Shown piece by piece: positions 32,000 to 32,000 of a stretch of DNA of 32,000 bases. Every line of letters starts with the position of its first letter. Within the stretch, counting starts at the first letter, position 1. Under the pieces are notes generated by a model. It was not told where the DNA came from. It worked only from the letters and a program-made list of their open reading frames with translations, and did not search any database. This stretch comes from Candidatus Nanopusillus sp. (GTDB lineage: Archaea; Nanobdellota; Nanobdellia; Nanobdellales; Nanobdellaceae): contig JBMSAQ010000022.1 in the NCBI GenBank assembly GCA_049414405.1, positions 1 to 32,000 of the forward strand. The letters run 5' to 3'. The translations under genes were made by a program, and so were the position numbers.

Positions 32000-32000
32000 T

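Noticed and set aside
31926-32000. A relatively GC-rich patch whose minus strand contains GGGGGTTCAGATCC. This resembles a tRNA T-arm and raised the possibility of a split-tRNA half.
   Set aside because: The sequence after the loop (CCAAC) cannot pair with GGGGG, and I could draw no acceptor or anticodon stem. The patch is explained by an open reading frame (..SWHGGSDP..) that overlaps the start of the 741-aa gene.
1-32000. A search for CRISPR arrays, IS elements, transposases, integrases, toxin-antitoxin pairs and restriction-modification or other recognisable defence genes.
   Set aside because: None found. There are no regularly spaced direct repeats and no DDE, tyrosine or serine recombinase motifs. 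I saw no nuclease or ATPase defence signatures, and no tRNA-flanking direct repeats that would suggest an integrated element.

Overview
Very AT-rich (roughly a quarter G+C by eye), extremely gene-dense archaeal chromosome segment. Almost every nucleotide is coding, many neighbouring genes overlap by 4 nt (ATGA), and TAA, TAG and TGA all act as stops. The content is mostly information processing. It includes a fragment of the archaeal ribosomal-protein superoperon (S17-L14-L24-S4e-L5-L6-L32e) and a separate L14e/L34e/DUF106-like/SecY block. It also includes L40e, L37Ae, S19e, RNA polymerase subunits Rpo7, Spt4/E'' and Rpo12, TrpRS, GluRS, TruD, Pth2, RNase P protein Rpp21, a fused PriS-PriL primase, prefoldin beta, SepF and ZPR1. 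Four stable-RNA genes stand out as GC-rich islands: tRNA-Ala(CGC), tRNA-Ser(CGA), an isolated 5S rRNA and a textbook C/D box sRNA that the ORF track cannot show. The scrambled operons, the missing adk/cmk, the fused primase and the GC-rich RNAs in an AT-rich genome point to a reduced, probably thermophilic, host-dependent archaeon (Nanoarchaeota/DPANN-like); this is an inference. I saw no CRISPR array, transposase, integrase or obvious prophage. The best candidates for something undescribed are two. First, a convergent cluster at 28.5-32.0 kb of Asn/Tyr/Cys-rich, sequon-laden proteins with prepilin-like N-termini, including a 741-aa giant; this is a candidate surface fibre or attachment module. 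Second, a gene pair just upstream of secY: an endonuclease IV-like TIM barrel split by a ~320-aa insertion, plus a 560-aa helical protein with no family I recognise.
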